DNA of 64,000 nt from a virus (IMGVR_UViG_3300031992_000072:1-64000), one strand, 5' to 3'. Positions 29,008 to 37,954 are shown, counted from the stretch's first letter. The notes: a model not told the origin generated them from the sequence alone. A program made the numbers and translations.

Positions 29008-29268
29008 TTACTGGCCTTTCTTCGGTTTGATTCCGAAAACACAGTATCCATCTTCAATCCCCCAACCGTTCAAAACGTATGTGATTTCATATTCCTTTTT
29101 CATCAGCGGATGACTTACCATTTCGCATCCGTCTGAATCGTATAAAACGATAAACCTTACAGTATCACCTTTCTGATAACCCCTGTCATTCTTGCGAACC
29201 TCAAACGTTTTATCGCCACGGTTAACCGCATCAGCAAACGATTCTTTTATTTTTATTGCGTGTATCAT
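29008..29268 (-). CDS. ASCH/DUF3850-domain protein
   Basis: HAIKI..SFADAV..GDKTFEVRKNDRGYQKGD. Confidence 0.8.
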   Translation of the reverse strand: MIHAIKIKESFADAVNRGDKTFEVRKNDRGYQKGDTVRFIVLYDSDGCEMVSHPLMKKEYEITYVLNGWGIEDGYCVFGIKPKKGQ

Positions 29269-29274
29269 TCTGCT

Positions 29275-29469
29275 TTACCGTCCTTCCGTATGAATCTGTT
29301 TCAAAAGTTCACACGATTCGCAATCTTCAAACAGCTTTCCTTCCCTGTTGCACTTCCACAACGGACAATCGGCAATCAGTTCTCCTGCGTGCCAACACTT
29401 TTTGTCATCACACTCAAAGCAAAGATTGTTTCGATGACATTCATGCATTTGAACATCCATTCGCTTCAC
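29275..29469 (-). CDS. Cys-rich hypothetical protein
   Basis: 64-aa ORF with multiple CxxC. Confidence 0.55.
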   Translation of the reverse strand: MKRMDVQMHECHRNNLCFECDDKKCWHAGELIADCPLWKCNREGKLFEDCESCELLKQIHTEGR

Positions 29470-29493
29470 CGCCTATTTAGTTAAATGTTGTAT

Positions 29494-29754
29494 TTATCTC
29501 AACCTGTTCAAAACATCCTTCAGTGATTTTGCTTCATATTCTAATTCAAGACTTCTTTTTTCTTCTTTTAATGCTTCTAAATCGCTTTGCAAATGTTGCC
29601 TATAATCTTTCAATAACTCAAGAGCATATCCAATTGCAAACTCAGGCAATCCATCATGACAACAATCTTTTTCAATCGGGCATTCATCACATTTTCTTCT
29701 CCATGAATTTTTGCAACATTCATACACCTTAATAACCGTCTCAACATCTGCCAT
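29494..29754 (-). CDS. hypothetical protein
   Basis: AAGGAG RBS. Confidence 0.6.
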   Translation of the reverse strand: MADVETVIKVYECCKNSWRRKCDECPIEKDCCHDGLPEFAIGYALELLKDYRQHLQSDLEALKEEKRSLELEYEAKSLKDVLNRLR

Positions 29755-29779
29755 AAATACACTCCTTACGCAAAGTTAT

Positions 29780-30088
29780 TCAATGCAGGACCTCCAGCCA
29801 GTCATGTTCATTGATGCTTATTGTTTTTTCTTCAAGAAAATCAACTATAGTTACACACGGATAATCATCTAGTTCGTCGTATCTTTCATAATGAAAACTC
29901 TTCGAATTGTTGGTAGATTTAATGAAAATAGTTTTATACTTTTCCAGATAAGAAACAGTTATTGCACTTGCAAGTTCATCTCCGCTGTTCCATGTCATTT
30001 TAATTTTATCTTGCAGATCTTTAAGCAAATGCTCGTCTTCCAAATCAATTCTGATATAAAACTTTCCCTCTTTGAAATCCTCAAGCAT
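29780..30088 (-). CDS. paralog family A protein (F.EGKF.I.I...W.SGD.L)
   Basis: similar to 35967, 36829 and 37148 ORFs. Confidence 0.7.
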   Translation of the reverse strand: MLEDFKEGKFYIRIDLEDEHLLKDLQDKIKMTWNSGDELASAITVSYLEKYKTIFIKSTNNSKSFHYERYDELDDYPCVTIVDFLEEKTISINEHDWLEVLH

Positions 30089-30116
30089 ACAGCTTCTCCT
30101 TTTAAATCCATATCAG

Positions 30117-30198
30117 TCGGCTAGGTGGGACTCGGACCCACACGCTCATAGAGCACGAGATTTTAAGTCTCGAATGTCTGCCATTCCATCACTAGCCG
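30117..30198 (-). tRNA. tRNA-Leu (TAA)
   Basis: CGGCTAG/CTAGCCG acceptor, CGAGA CTTAAAA TCTCG, long variable arm, GTGGG TCCGAGT CCCAC. Confidence 0.88.
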
Positions 30199-30226
30199 CA
30201 AATAAACAGGAGAGAGTGCGCTCTCT

Positions 30227-30272
30227 CCTTTACGGTTTATTTCGCTTGACTTCATAGTAAGGTACCGAACTA
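30227..30272 (-). promoter_or_regulatory. 46-bp conserved motif copy 3
   Basis: cctttacggtttatttcgcttgacttcatagtaaggtaccgaacta, just upstream of tRNA-Leu. Confidence 0.6.
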
Positions 30273-30626
30273 AAATGCTAACAATGAATCCCATTCAATC
30301 GTTTTCGGGCTTTCAAAAATAACTTCACCATAACAGGTTTCAGTTTTTCCGTCTTTAAAATATTCTTTCCAGAAAACATCGTTTTCCTGACAGGTTAATT
30401 CAAATACCATTTGCGGAAACTTCTCTGAAAGAATGATCATATGTCCTTCGTAAGCCGTCCATTCCTGCTGTTCCCAGCTGCAAAAGACAGCCTCATGTTC
30501 TTTCGAATAATAAGCGCCAGTATCAAATACATATCTATACAGATCAAATTCTTCCAGAGCGTCAGACAGATTATGAAATTTTCCAAGATTTTTTACATTG
30601 CGAACAACCAATGAATAATTTTTCAT
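30270..30626 (-). CDS. hypothetical protein
   Basis: 118-aa ORF, ATGA overlap. Confidence 0.7.
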   Translation of the reverse strand: MKNYSLVVRNVKNLGKFHNLSDALEEFDLYRYVFDTGAYYSKEHEAVFCSWEQQEWTAYEGHMIILSEKFPQMVFELTCQENDVFWKEYFKDGKTETCYGEVIFESPKTIEWDSLLAF

Positions 30627-31087
30627 GATATCACCTGAAACATTGACATTAAATCATCTTCAGCTTTCTTGTTTTCAGTTGCGATTTGTTCGTCAATAGC
30701 CTTTTGTGCTTCAATGGATTTACGAATTTCTTCCAGATTAGAATCTCCGTCAAAATCATCAGAATCTTCAATTACTTCAATTTTACTGCCATGAAGATAA
30801 GCAAATGTACCAACTTCTGCGTCTCTTAATTCATACCGTGCATCGTCTATATCTCTTTCATTCTGTGATTCACAGAAGTTACTTTTCAGCTCACGAAAAT
30901 TATAATCGTCTGCCTGCTCAAGAATGTCGTAAGCCCAATAGCTTTCTCCATTAATAGAGATGCTTCCGTAAGCTTCATTTACCCATTCTTCAAAATAATC
31001 ATCGTCTTCATGATAATCTTCAACGATACAATACTCGATAGCATCATCAATGTTATCAAAAATTTCATTGTCAACCTGATATCTCAT
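30623..31087 (-). CDS. acidic hypothetical protein
   Basis: AAGGAGG RBS. Confidence 0.7.
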   Translation of the reverse strand: MRYQVDNEIFDNIDDAIEYCIVEDYHEDDDYFEEWVNEAYGSISINGESYWAYDILEQADDYNFRELKSNFCESQNERDIDDARYELRDAEVGTFAYLHGSKIEVIEDSDDFDGDSNLEEIRKSIEAQKAIDEQIATENKKAEDDLMSMFQVIS

Positions 31088-31150
31088 ATTTGCCTCCTTT
31101 AATAAAAAGGAGAGAGCAAGGAATTATCTCCTTGCTCTCTTTAAATTTAA

Positions 31151-31549
31151 TTAATACGGAACATCGTCTTCGTCAGGAGCTTCAGTCATTTCGATACCAG
31201 GAGCAGTAGCCCCTTTGCCATCAGAAATAAACCTGACCTGTTCAGCACGAACTTCCATCACAGTGCGAAGATTATTGTTCTTGTCCACATAGTTATTTAG
31301 TACAACAGGACCGGAAACAAACACAGCACGGCCCTTCTTCAGAAATTTGGCACAAGTTTCGCCCAGTCCGCGCCAAGCATTAATACGGAAGAACTGTGTC
31401 TGTTTACGAACACCGTATCCTTCGTCTGCGGCAACAGTAAAATTGCATACTTTTGTTTTAACAATCTCTCCAGTTTCCTTATTCGGGTATTCCCGTTCAT
31501 TCAGAATCGGGTCTGCAGTAAGGTTTCCAAGAACATCCAACCTATACAT
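31151..31549 (-). CDS. ssb: SSB-like protein (second paralog)
   Basis: LGNLTADP...CNFTVAAD...FFRINAWR...KKGRAVFVSG, acidic DVPY tail. Confidence 0.82.
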   Translation of the reverse strand: MYRLDVLGNLTADPILNEREYPNKETGEIVKTKVCNFTVAADEGYGVRKQTQFFRINAWRGLGETCAKFLKKGRAVFVSGPVVLNNYVDKNNNLRTVMEVRAEQVRFISDGKGATAPGIEMTEAPDEDDVPY

Positions 31550-31866
31550 TTTTAGTCTCCTTTTCTTTTGTAAATTAATTTCTTTTGTCTGATGAGATTT
31601 ATAAATATACATATTGCTTTTTGGTTACAATATGAAATATTTTTGAAATTGTTTATTTTTATGCTATAAATGCAGTTTGTAATTCAAATGAAATTAAGTT
31701 ATTATTTGCTTTACGAATATGTTATGCAAGAATTACGTATAAAAATACACAAATCGTTATTTTGCTTGGTTTGTGTTGCTTAATATTATCTTTTGTCAAA
31801 TAGAATATTCATTCATTTTTCAAGAAAATTTATCTTCATCAAACTGCATTTATATAATACCACAAA

Positions 31867-32526
31867 TTAACCTTCGACCTTGACAATATGGTAACGACCA
31901 TATCCGGAAGTGCGACCAGACCCGATGCCACCGCCAAATCCGGCGAGATTTACAATATTCAGAATCTGATCACGGCTATAAACATGATCCATGTAATCAA
32001 TCTGGAACTTTGCTTTCCAGTTATGGAAGTGATTCAGATGTACAGTAACAGGCTTGCCCTTCTTCGGGCTCATCAGCCGCTTTTCAACACTCCAGCCTTC
32101 ATAATCAACAGGAATCAACCCATTAGAGCAGCTAACATTAATAGCGTTTTTGAGCTTCGTAGAATACTGTGCAATTTCATTGCGAACAATAGCATCGCCA
32201 AAGCTCTGCTGAAGACCAAAAGCCGTAATGCAGGGCTTATTGTTTTCACGAAGATTATTCAGCATTTCTTCGTTGCATTCAGTATATGTATCTTCGCATT
32301 CAAGAGGTTTCTGCCAGTGAATTGACGTAATAATATCTTCCCAAACGTTGGGTCTTTCGTCAATGCTTTCACGGTCATCAGCCAGAAGTTTCCGTTCGTT
32401 ACGAGCATTCATCTTATTAAGAATCAGATCGCTATCACCTTCGATAGTAACCTGCATATGCTTAACTTTAGCTTCGATGCTCATCAGTTCCACAGTGTTA
32501 TTGTCTTTAATGGTTGCCTTTTTCAT
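31867..32526 (-). CDS. putative RAMP/Cas7-like RNA-binding protein
   Basis: N-terminal VTIEGDSDLILNK strand and C-terminal G-rich loop AGFGGGIGSGRTSGYGRYHI resemble Csm3/Cmr4-type RAMPs. Confidence 0.6.
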   Translation of the reverse strand: MKKATIKDNNTVELMSIEAKVKHMQVTIEGDSDLILNKMNARNERKLLADDRESIDERPNVWEDIITSIHWQKPLECEDTYTECNEEMLNNLRENNKPCITAFGLQQSFGDAIVRNEIAQYSTKLKNAINVSCSNGLIPVDYEGWSVEKRLMSPKKGKPVTVHLNHFHNWKAKFQIDYMDHVYSRDQILNIVNLAGFGGGIGSGRTSGYGRYHIVKVEG

Positions 32527-32543
32527 TTTTAATTCCTTTCTTT

Positions 32544-33248
32544 TGTATTGTACTGTTGTGCGCTATTCTATTTTGTTGTAAGGTGTTGTTTTGAGCTATT
32601 TGCCAGCTCATAGGAGAACACACGTTCTCCTCGTATTATGGTATCGTTTGCTGCACTAAATTCTAATATTTTATTATATGCTGAGAGCTTATGCTCTCTT
32701 ATGAACTGGCAATTTATTCTGTCATGTTTTGTCGTATTATGATCTTTTGTGTACTTGCGCCATTGGCACAACAAGAGACTTATAATGCTTTACTGTCGTA
32801 TAGTATGGTATGCTGAATTATACTGAAGTTTACTTCAGAGAACTATAAGTCTCTGGTTGTACCAATGAAGCTGTCATATATTATTCTTAATTATCCTGTA
32901 TTATGCTTTCATGTCCTGATAAGGATGCAATAAATGTTATCTTATTTTGTCGTATGCTATATTAAAGTATGCTGTTATTAGCTGTGGTATATTTATGGAT
33001 GCTATTGCATCCTTGTCAAGACATGAAAACTGGCTGGTATTACAGAGAACTTCTCTTAATTAAGCCAACAAAATTATTAATATTTATTCTATGTTTAACT
33101 ATGCTGTTCTGTCATATCCTGCGCTATTCTTTATGCCATGAAATTGACTGGCACTACAGAGAACTTCTATACTATGGTGTTTTATAATATCGTAAATTCT
33201 CATAAGCTGTCCTATGCTTGAGAGCAGAAGCTCTCTATAGTACCAGCC
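32544..33248 (-). repeat. array of ~8 tracts with 5-nt periodicity (TRT-NN on plus, NN-AYA on minus) framed by long inverted repeats
   Basis: e.g. TAT AC TAT GG TGT TT TAT AA TAT CG TAA AT TCT CA TAA GC TGT CC TAT GC; stems 32601/32700, 32761/32845, 32910/33003 (21 of 23 bp), 33032/33232. Confidence 0.85.
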
Positions 33249-33256
33249 AAATTAAT

Positions 33257-33748
33257 TTAACTTGCCTGTTCCAGTTCCCGAATGGCTTTAAATACTGGTT
33301 CCAACTCTGTAAGAATCGAGTATTTGACCATAAACGCCTGAAGTTCTGATTTTGCCGTCATCAGAAGCTTTTCGTGAAGTGATGCATCCTGAACAATTAA
33401 TGTAATCGGACGATAACCAGTTTCTCCTTTAAGATTATGATACATTCTTAAAGGAACGCCAACCTTATCGGGTTTCTTTTCTTTATTCAGCCCAATCTCT
33501 ACAATATGCAAGTCGTGCATCACATCCGCAACCTGCTTTAGCCGATACTTTTCAGCAGCTTTTGTATCGTCCCATTCGATCAGTTTATGCATTTCTTTAT
33601 GCTCATCCCGTGCCATATCCAGAATTTCTTCTGTTTCAGGATGTTCACCAAGAGCATAAATTTCTTCTGCTACCTTTTGCGCATCAGCTTTCTTGCGAAA
33701 ACTCTCTGAACCAGGTCTCCAGGTCGCAATAAAATTGCATTCCTTCAT
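33257..33748 (-). CDS. conserved phage hypothetical protein (EWDD..AAEKYRL.Q motif), partner of the RAMP-like gene
   Basis: motif HKLIEWDDTKAAEKYRLKQ; sits directly upstream of the periodic array. Confidence 0.7.
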   Translation of the reverse strand: MKECNFIATWRPGSESFRKKADAQKVAEEIYALGEHPETEEILDMARDEHKEMHKLIEWDDTKAAEKYRLKQVADVMHDLHIVEIGLNKEKKPDKVGVPLRMYHNLKGETGYRPITLIVQDASLHEKLLMTAKSELQAFMVKYSILTELEPVFKAIRELEQAS

Positions 33749-33752
33749 AAAC

Positions 33753-33974
33753 TCACTCCATTCTGAAACTGTCTTCTCCGGGAATCAGGGCTAACGTAGA
33801 CCCATTATCCCACTTCATATGAATCTGTCCTGCATCATCAATATAATCAACCGTTCCTGCATCTCCATGCTTCAGTTTTGTATAAGAATCATTCATAGAA
33901 ATCAATACAAGCCTTGTGCCAGCAGGATATACTTTCTTAATTCTTTCTACTTCTCTTTCGGTCATTCCAAACAT
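33753..33974 (-). CDS. DUF4314-family protein
   Basis: YPAGTRLVLISMND...GDAGTVDYIDDAGQIHMKWDNGSTLALIPGEDSF. Confidence 0.85.
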   Translation of the reverse strand: MFGMTEREVERIKKVYPAGTRLVLISMNDSYTKLKHGDAGTVDYIDDAGQIHMKWDNGSTLALIPGEDSFRME

Positions 33975-34255
33975 GTAAACACCTCGTTAAATTCGTTTTC
34001 TGTTATTTCAAATTTCTTATCATCAACAGGCTCAAGCCACTCGTCAACAAAAACCCAATATCCATTATCATTTACATATTTTCCTGCATAAGCACCGTCT
34101 AATTCATATACAGTGTGGCCTTCACGAGAATATTTATTTATAATCGTATAAACATTCCCGCAATATTTACTCATTCCATTAGCCCAATGTATAAAAAAAT
34201 TATTCTTTATATCGCTATAAAGCTTAACTCTTATAACATCACCAATTTCAAACAT
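33962..34255 (-). CDS. paralog family B protein (SH3/KOW-like, F.IGD.IR...W.F..EWLEPV)
   Basis: similar to 34487 and 37700 ORFs. Confidence 0.7.
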   Translation of the reverse strand: MFEIGDVIRVKLYSDIKNNFFIHWANGMSKYCGNVYTIINKYSREGHTVYELDGAYAGKYVNDNGYWVFVDEWLEPVDDKKFEITENEFNEVFTCLE

Positions 34256-34263
34256 ATTTTACC

Positions 34264-34485
34264 TCATAACGGAAGTTCATCTGTTATTTCATAATCTTCA
34301 AGACCTTCGAAAGGAACATCTTCTTCCTTGAACATTTCATCCGGATAGATCCAGTAGTTGTCTTCGTCATCTACGTCTTCATAAAGAAACATTCCGTGTT
34401 TCATAAATTCATCTGCTTCTTCTTCATTCTCAAACTGAGCAAGCAGAATCGTTGTACCACAATAATGAGCACAAACTTTAACCAT
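34264..34485 (-). CDS. acidic hypothetical protein
   Basis: GGAGG RBS. Confidence 0.6.
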   Translation of the reverse strand: MVKVCAHYCGTTILLAQFENEEEADEFMKHGMFLYEDVDDEDNYWIYPDEMFKEEDVPFEGLEDYEITDELPL

Positions 34486-34486
34486 T

Positions 34487-34798
34487 TCAGTCCTCCAGCA
34501 AACTTAATACGTCTTCTTCTTTTACATCCGGACAGATAGCATTAAACATCCGTTCATTGTTTTTGTACCATTGACTTAATTCAAAATGCCACCAGTAATA
34601 ATTATCAATACTGTAGCATTTGTAATCATCATTCACGTGCTCTTCAATAAACTCAAGTATATAAACAGTATCACCTTTAACTGTTAAAGTATCTTTTATC
34701 TTGCAGATACTGCCTTCCCAATGGTTTGCAACTTTTGTATATTCATTTTCAGTCGTTGAAGGCAGAATTCTGACTATATCGCCAATTGAGTATGGCAT
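34487..34798 (-). CDS. paralog family B protein
   Basis: MPYSIGDIVRIL after GGAGG RBS. Confidence 0.7.
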   Translation of the reverse strand: MPYSIGDIVRILPSTTENEYTKVANHWEGSICKIKDTLTVKGDTVYILEFIEEHVNDDYKCYSIDNYYWWHFELSQWYKNNERMFNAICPDVKEEDVLSLLED

Positions 34799-34838
34799 AC
34801 GAAGCCTCCGGGAATGAGTATAGTAAGAAAAACAAAAA

Positions 34839-34884
34839 TCATAGTATTTGCCGGAGTTTACGACGGCAGGCATATGAAACTATA
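34839..34884 (-). promoter_or_regulatory. 46-nt structured leader motif copy 2
   Basis: TATAGTTTCATATGCCTGCCG-TCGTAAACTC-CGGCAAATACTATGA. Confidence 0.5.
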
Positions 34885-35280
34885 TCAAAACGGGACTTCA
34901 AGAACATGCTTCAGAAAACATTCATCTTCAAGTTCATTATCCACTGCTTTGCTAAGCAGGTCATAATAAACAAGATTGATGTCTCCATTTTCATCGTGAA
35001 TCTTTTCATATGCATGAGACGGAAGAAAATACTCCAACGCATCAAGAATAGTATCAAAAGGTTCGCCATCTTCGCCAAACAAAACATTTGCCTGCTGAAG
35101 TTTTCTGTACTCATGAATAAATTTCAGCTGAAAATCTTCACTCCATGAAAGAAACTCTTTCTGGCACTGATTTTCTGTTTCAATCCTTAATTTTCTGGAA
35201 GTTTCCAGAGGACATTCTTTATCCAGTTCACATGGACGACCCAACTCATCCGCATAAGAACAAATTTTACAGTCTTTCAT
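34885..35280 (-). CDS. hypothetical protein
   Basis: 131-aa ORF, ATGA overlap. Confidence 0.65.
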   Translation of the reverse strand: MKDCKICSYADELGRPCELDKECPLETSRKLRIETENQCQKEFLSWSEDFQLKFIHEYRKLQQANVLFGEDGEPFDTILDALEYFLPSHAYEKIHDENGDINLVYYDLLSKAVDNELEDECFLKHVLEVPF

Positions 35281-35513
35281 TCAAGAATCCTCCCAAATCT
35301 AGGATAGCCTTCTGATCTGAACTCAGAAAGCTGTTCAACATACTGCATAGAGCCACTTAGAACCTGAAGATTTTCCGCAGCTGCGATAATCGTAGCCATA
35401 GCGAGATCATCCAAATTGCGGTCAAGATAACCTTTTGTAAAGTCTACTACATCGTTTAAATATTTGCGTCTGTCTTCTTTTAAACATCTCAGCGCTTCTT
35501 TTTCATCAAACAT
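35277..35513 (-). CDS. hypothetical protein
   Basis: 78-aa ORF with GAGG RBS. Confidence 0.6.
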   Translation of the reverse strand: MFDEKEALRCLKEDRRKYLNDVVDFTKGYLDRNLDDLAMATIIAAAENLQVLSGSMQYVEQLSEFRSEGYPRFGRILE

Positions 35514-35517
35514 ATCG

Positions 35518-35967
35518 TCACCTCAGGCTGACAATCACAACCTTATTCGGAATTTCCTTGGAGAAGTCTTCCAGCATTCCCTGAATAAGGTTCCAGTCGC
35601 CTCCCGCCAATCCACAGCCAATCGCATACGGAAAAGCAATCGGCACTTCAGGAAGAATGTGATGTTCAGCTACAAGCCGAATAATCTTTCCAAGACAGGT
35701 TTTAAAAGCTACATAGTCAGTATATCGCCTGTCTTTACCGAATCCGTCCTGAGCGTACATGTTGATACAGATTCTGCCATCAGTCGTGAACACAGGAAGA
35801 ATATTACCTAGTTTTGCAGGCTCATGTTTGTACTCCCTGTAAACTTCAGGGTATGCATTGCGAATCTGTTTTGCAAGTCCGGCACCCATTACCTGTTTGC
35901 AGTTTACCTGCTGGCAGAAGACAGGGTATCTTCCAGCAACAATGTCGCCTTTTTCAAAATACAGCAT
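35518..35967 (-). CDS. macrodomain protein (Poa1p/TARG1/DarG-like)
   Basis: KGDI...QQVNCKQVMGAGLAKQIR..YP...AFPYAIGCGLAGGDW. Confidence 0.88.
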   Translation of the reverse strand: MLYFEKGDIVAGRYPVFCQQVNCKQVMGAGLAKQIRNAYPEVYREYKHEPAKLGNILPVFTTDGRICINMYAQDGFGKDRRYTDYVAFKTCLGKIIRLVAEHHILPEVPIAFPYAIGCGLAGGDWNLIQGMLEDFSKEIPNKVVIVSLR

Positions 35968-36314
35968 TATATTTCTCCAAACAAATCCGTAAATTCATTT
36001 TCCTCGATAGTAAGTTTTTTTCCGATGAAATCTTCAAGATCAACAATTTCACCATGCTTATACAATTGCGGGTTAAGAGTCCAACAATCAGATTTTCTTG
36101 GATTGGTACCACCAATATAGCTGCATCCGTTTGCGCTACAGCGCAGCCAAAGTTCTTCGTAACCTCTTAAAGCGCTTAGCATAACTCCACTGTCCAGTTC
36201 ATCTCCTGAACAGAATTTAATGCCAGGAATTTCTTCCTGGAACACATTAAGCAACGGAATATCATCTGTTGTTATATGAATCCAGATCTTTCCTTCTAAA
36301 AACTGATCTTTCAT
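35967..36314 (-). CDS. paralog family A protein
   Basis: FLEGKIWIHIT...FCSGDEL. Confidence 0.7.
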   Translation of the reverse strand: MKDQFLEGKIWIHITTDDIPLLNVFQEEIPGIKFCSGDELDSGVMLSALRGYEELWLRCSANGCSYIGGTNPRKSDCWTLNPQLYKHGEIVDLEDFIGKKLTIEENEFTDLFGEI

Positions 36315-36453
36315 TTCCAGTCACTTTCTTTCAGGTTATTGATAATTTCATACAAAATGAACACAATCAGACCTAGAACAACCAAAGCATAAATAACTCC
36401 GGCAAAATCTGCTATCCATCTGTAAATCATACTTTTAGTCATAAGAGACATTT

Positions 36454-36672
36454 TCAGTCACTCCTTCTGTCCCAGAGATTCCAGACGTCTTCTTCGTTCG
36501 CCGTATGTTTTTTGTCCAGCCCGAAGGTAAACAGACCATGAGTTCTGCAGAAGCACTTAGTGCACCGGATATAGCCAACAATACATTGCTCAAAAGGAGT
36601 GATATCTTCAAGCTCCTCGAAGTATTCAGGTTCTCCGCCACAGAAAGGACACAATTTATGCATACCAGTCAC
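36454..36672 (-). CDS. Lar-family restriction alleviation-like Zn-finger protein
   Basis: LCPFCGGEP...IRCTKC....A...WDRR. Confidence 0.7.
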   Translation of the reverse strand: MTGMHKLCPFCGGEPEYFEELEDITPFEQCIVGYIRCTKCFCRTHGLFTFGLDKKHTANEEDVWNLWDRRSD

Positions 36673-36842
36673 TCCTTTGTTAATGAGTTTAGCAATTTTA
36701 CATATTCATTTACTGGTTTTTGTTTTCTTTCGTGCCAGTATTTCCTTGCCAATTCCAGTCGGTGAACAACCTGACAGTCACGGCAGCGCTTTTGTTTAGG
36801 ATTAATTCTTGGAATTTCCCTGTTGCAATCAACACATTTCAT
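36669..36842 (-). CDS. Zn-finger hypothetical protein
   Basis: CVDC...CRDC. Confidence 0.55.
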   Translation of the reverse strand: MKCVDCNREIPRINPKQKRCRDCQVVHRLELARKYWHERKQKPVNEYVKLLNSLTKE

Positions 36843-37155
36843 ACAAACTCTCCAGTTCATCATCCTGAATTTCAAAATTCTTATCAAAAGAATTCAGAAA
36901 ATCAGTCACTGAAATAAACGGAACAGTTGGTTCTAATGCTGTATAAGTTACCGAACAAGGTCCAACTCTTTCTGTGTTATTATGGAGATAAATTGCAGTG
37001 TATTTATTCATGGCTTCATCAAAGGAAAGCGTATCATCAATAGGACATCCGTCAACAAAACAAACAGGAAGCACTTTCGCAAGTTCAGTCATCAGATTCC
37101 TGTCATCCTCTGTTACTTTGACATAAAGATATTCTTTCAGAAACTTTTCAAGCAT
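36829..37155 (-). CDS. paralog family A protein
   Basis: MLEKFLKEYLYVKVT. Confidence 0.7.
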   Translation of the reverse strand: MLEKFLKEYLYVKVTEDDRNLMTELAKVLPVCFVDGCPIDDTLSFDEAMNKYTAIYLHNNTERVGPCSVTYTALEPTVPFISVTDFLNSFDKNFEIQDDELESLYEMC

Positions 37156-37480
37156 CGAACATCCCTACCAGTTCGTCTTCTTCGATTATTATCGGTTTGT
37201 AGTCAAGGAATTCTTTCAGGTCAACATATGTCGCATTACCGATCTGACTTCTAAGCTTATAATGAATTCCGGTCGGACAAAAGTTATTTTTTTCACCACT
37301 TGGTTTTATAAAAATCTCCCTATAAGCATCGAGGTATTGTTCAGTCGTGGCGCTGTTCAGCCTGTCGCCGCTGTTCCATCTAAGATTTACTTTCAGCGCA
37401 AGAGCATTAAGAAGATCTTTATCGTCTTTTGTGATACGGATAAAGAATTCACGATCCAAAAAACTGTCAAGCATTGTCAT
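37148..37480 (-). CDS. paralog family A protein
   Basis: LDSFLDREFFIRIT...WNSGDRL. Confidence 0.7.
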   Translation of the reverse strand: MTMLDSFLDREFFIRITKDDKDLLNALALKVNLRWNSGDRLNSATTEQYLDAYREIFIKPSGEKNNFCPTGIHYKLRSQIGNATYVDLKEFLDYKPIIIEEDELVGMFDA

Positions 37481-37703
37481 ACATCTCCATTAATCTTTTT
37501 CTGATCCAGTCCAGTCGGTCAGATCTTGTTTCGTATACTTCTTTTTCATAGTATTTTGATTCATCATGGTTTCTCATAGCCATAGCCTGACCATAAGAAT
37601 AGGCGTCGCATTTCAGCCAGTAGAGTTCTTCCGGAAGAACATCGTTTACCAATTTCTCAAAAGAGTCTTTTTCATGCATTTCAATCCAGTCTTCAGTTTT
37701 CAT
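37467..37703 (-). CDS. hypothetical protein
   Basis: 78-aa ORF, ATGA overlap. Confidence 0.6.
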   Translation of the reverse strand: MKTEDWIEMHEKDSFEKLVNDVLPEELYWLKCDAYSYGQAMAMRNHDESKYYEKEVYETRSDRLDWIRKRLMEMYDNA

Positions 37704-37954
37704 ATTCCTCCAAAGAGTTCATTGAACTCATCTGTTCCGATAGTAACATCATTCACAGGTTCCAGCCAGTCTTCCCGCCAGAACCATACGCCGTTATCTT
37801 CTTTTAATTTATAAGTCGGATAAAGTTTATCCCAGGATGCTTCAGTACAGACATTAACAGTCGCTTCGGTTCCAACCATTTTCTGCATTTCCGGCACATG
37901 ATCTGTACATTCACGAATAAACACTTTATCATTAACATTAAATTTATGTTCCAT
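37700..37954 (-). CDS. paralog family B protein
   Basis: GGAGG RBS before MEHKFNVNDKV; WFWREDWLEPV. Confidence 0.7.
   Translation of the reverse strand: MEHKFNVNDKVFIRECTDHVPEMQKMVGTEATVNVCTEASWDKLYPTYKLKEDNGVWFWREDWLEPVNDVTIGTDEFNELFGGI

Noticed and set aside
32544-33248. Classical CRISPR array
   Set aside because: No identical 25-45-bp direct repeats with unique spacers and no cas1/cas2; reported instead as a 5-nt-periodic array.
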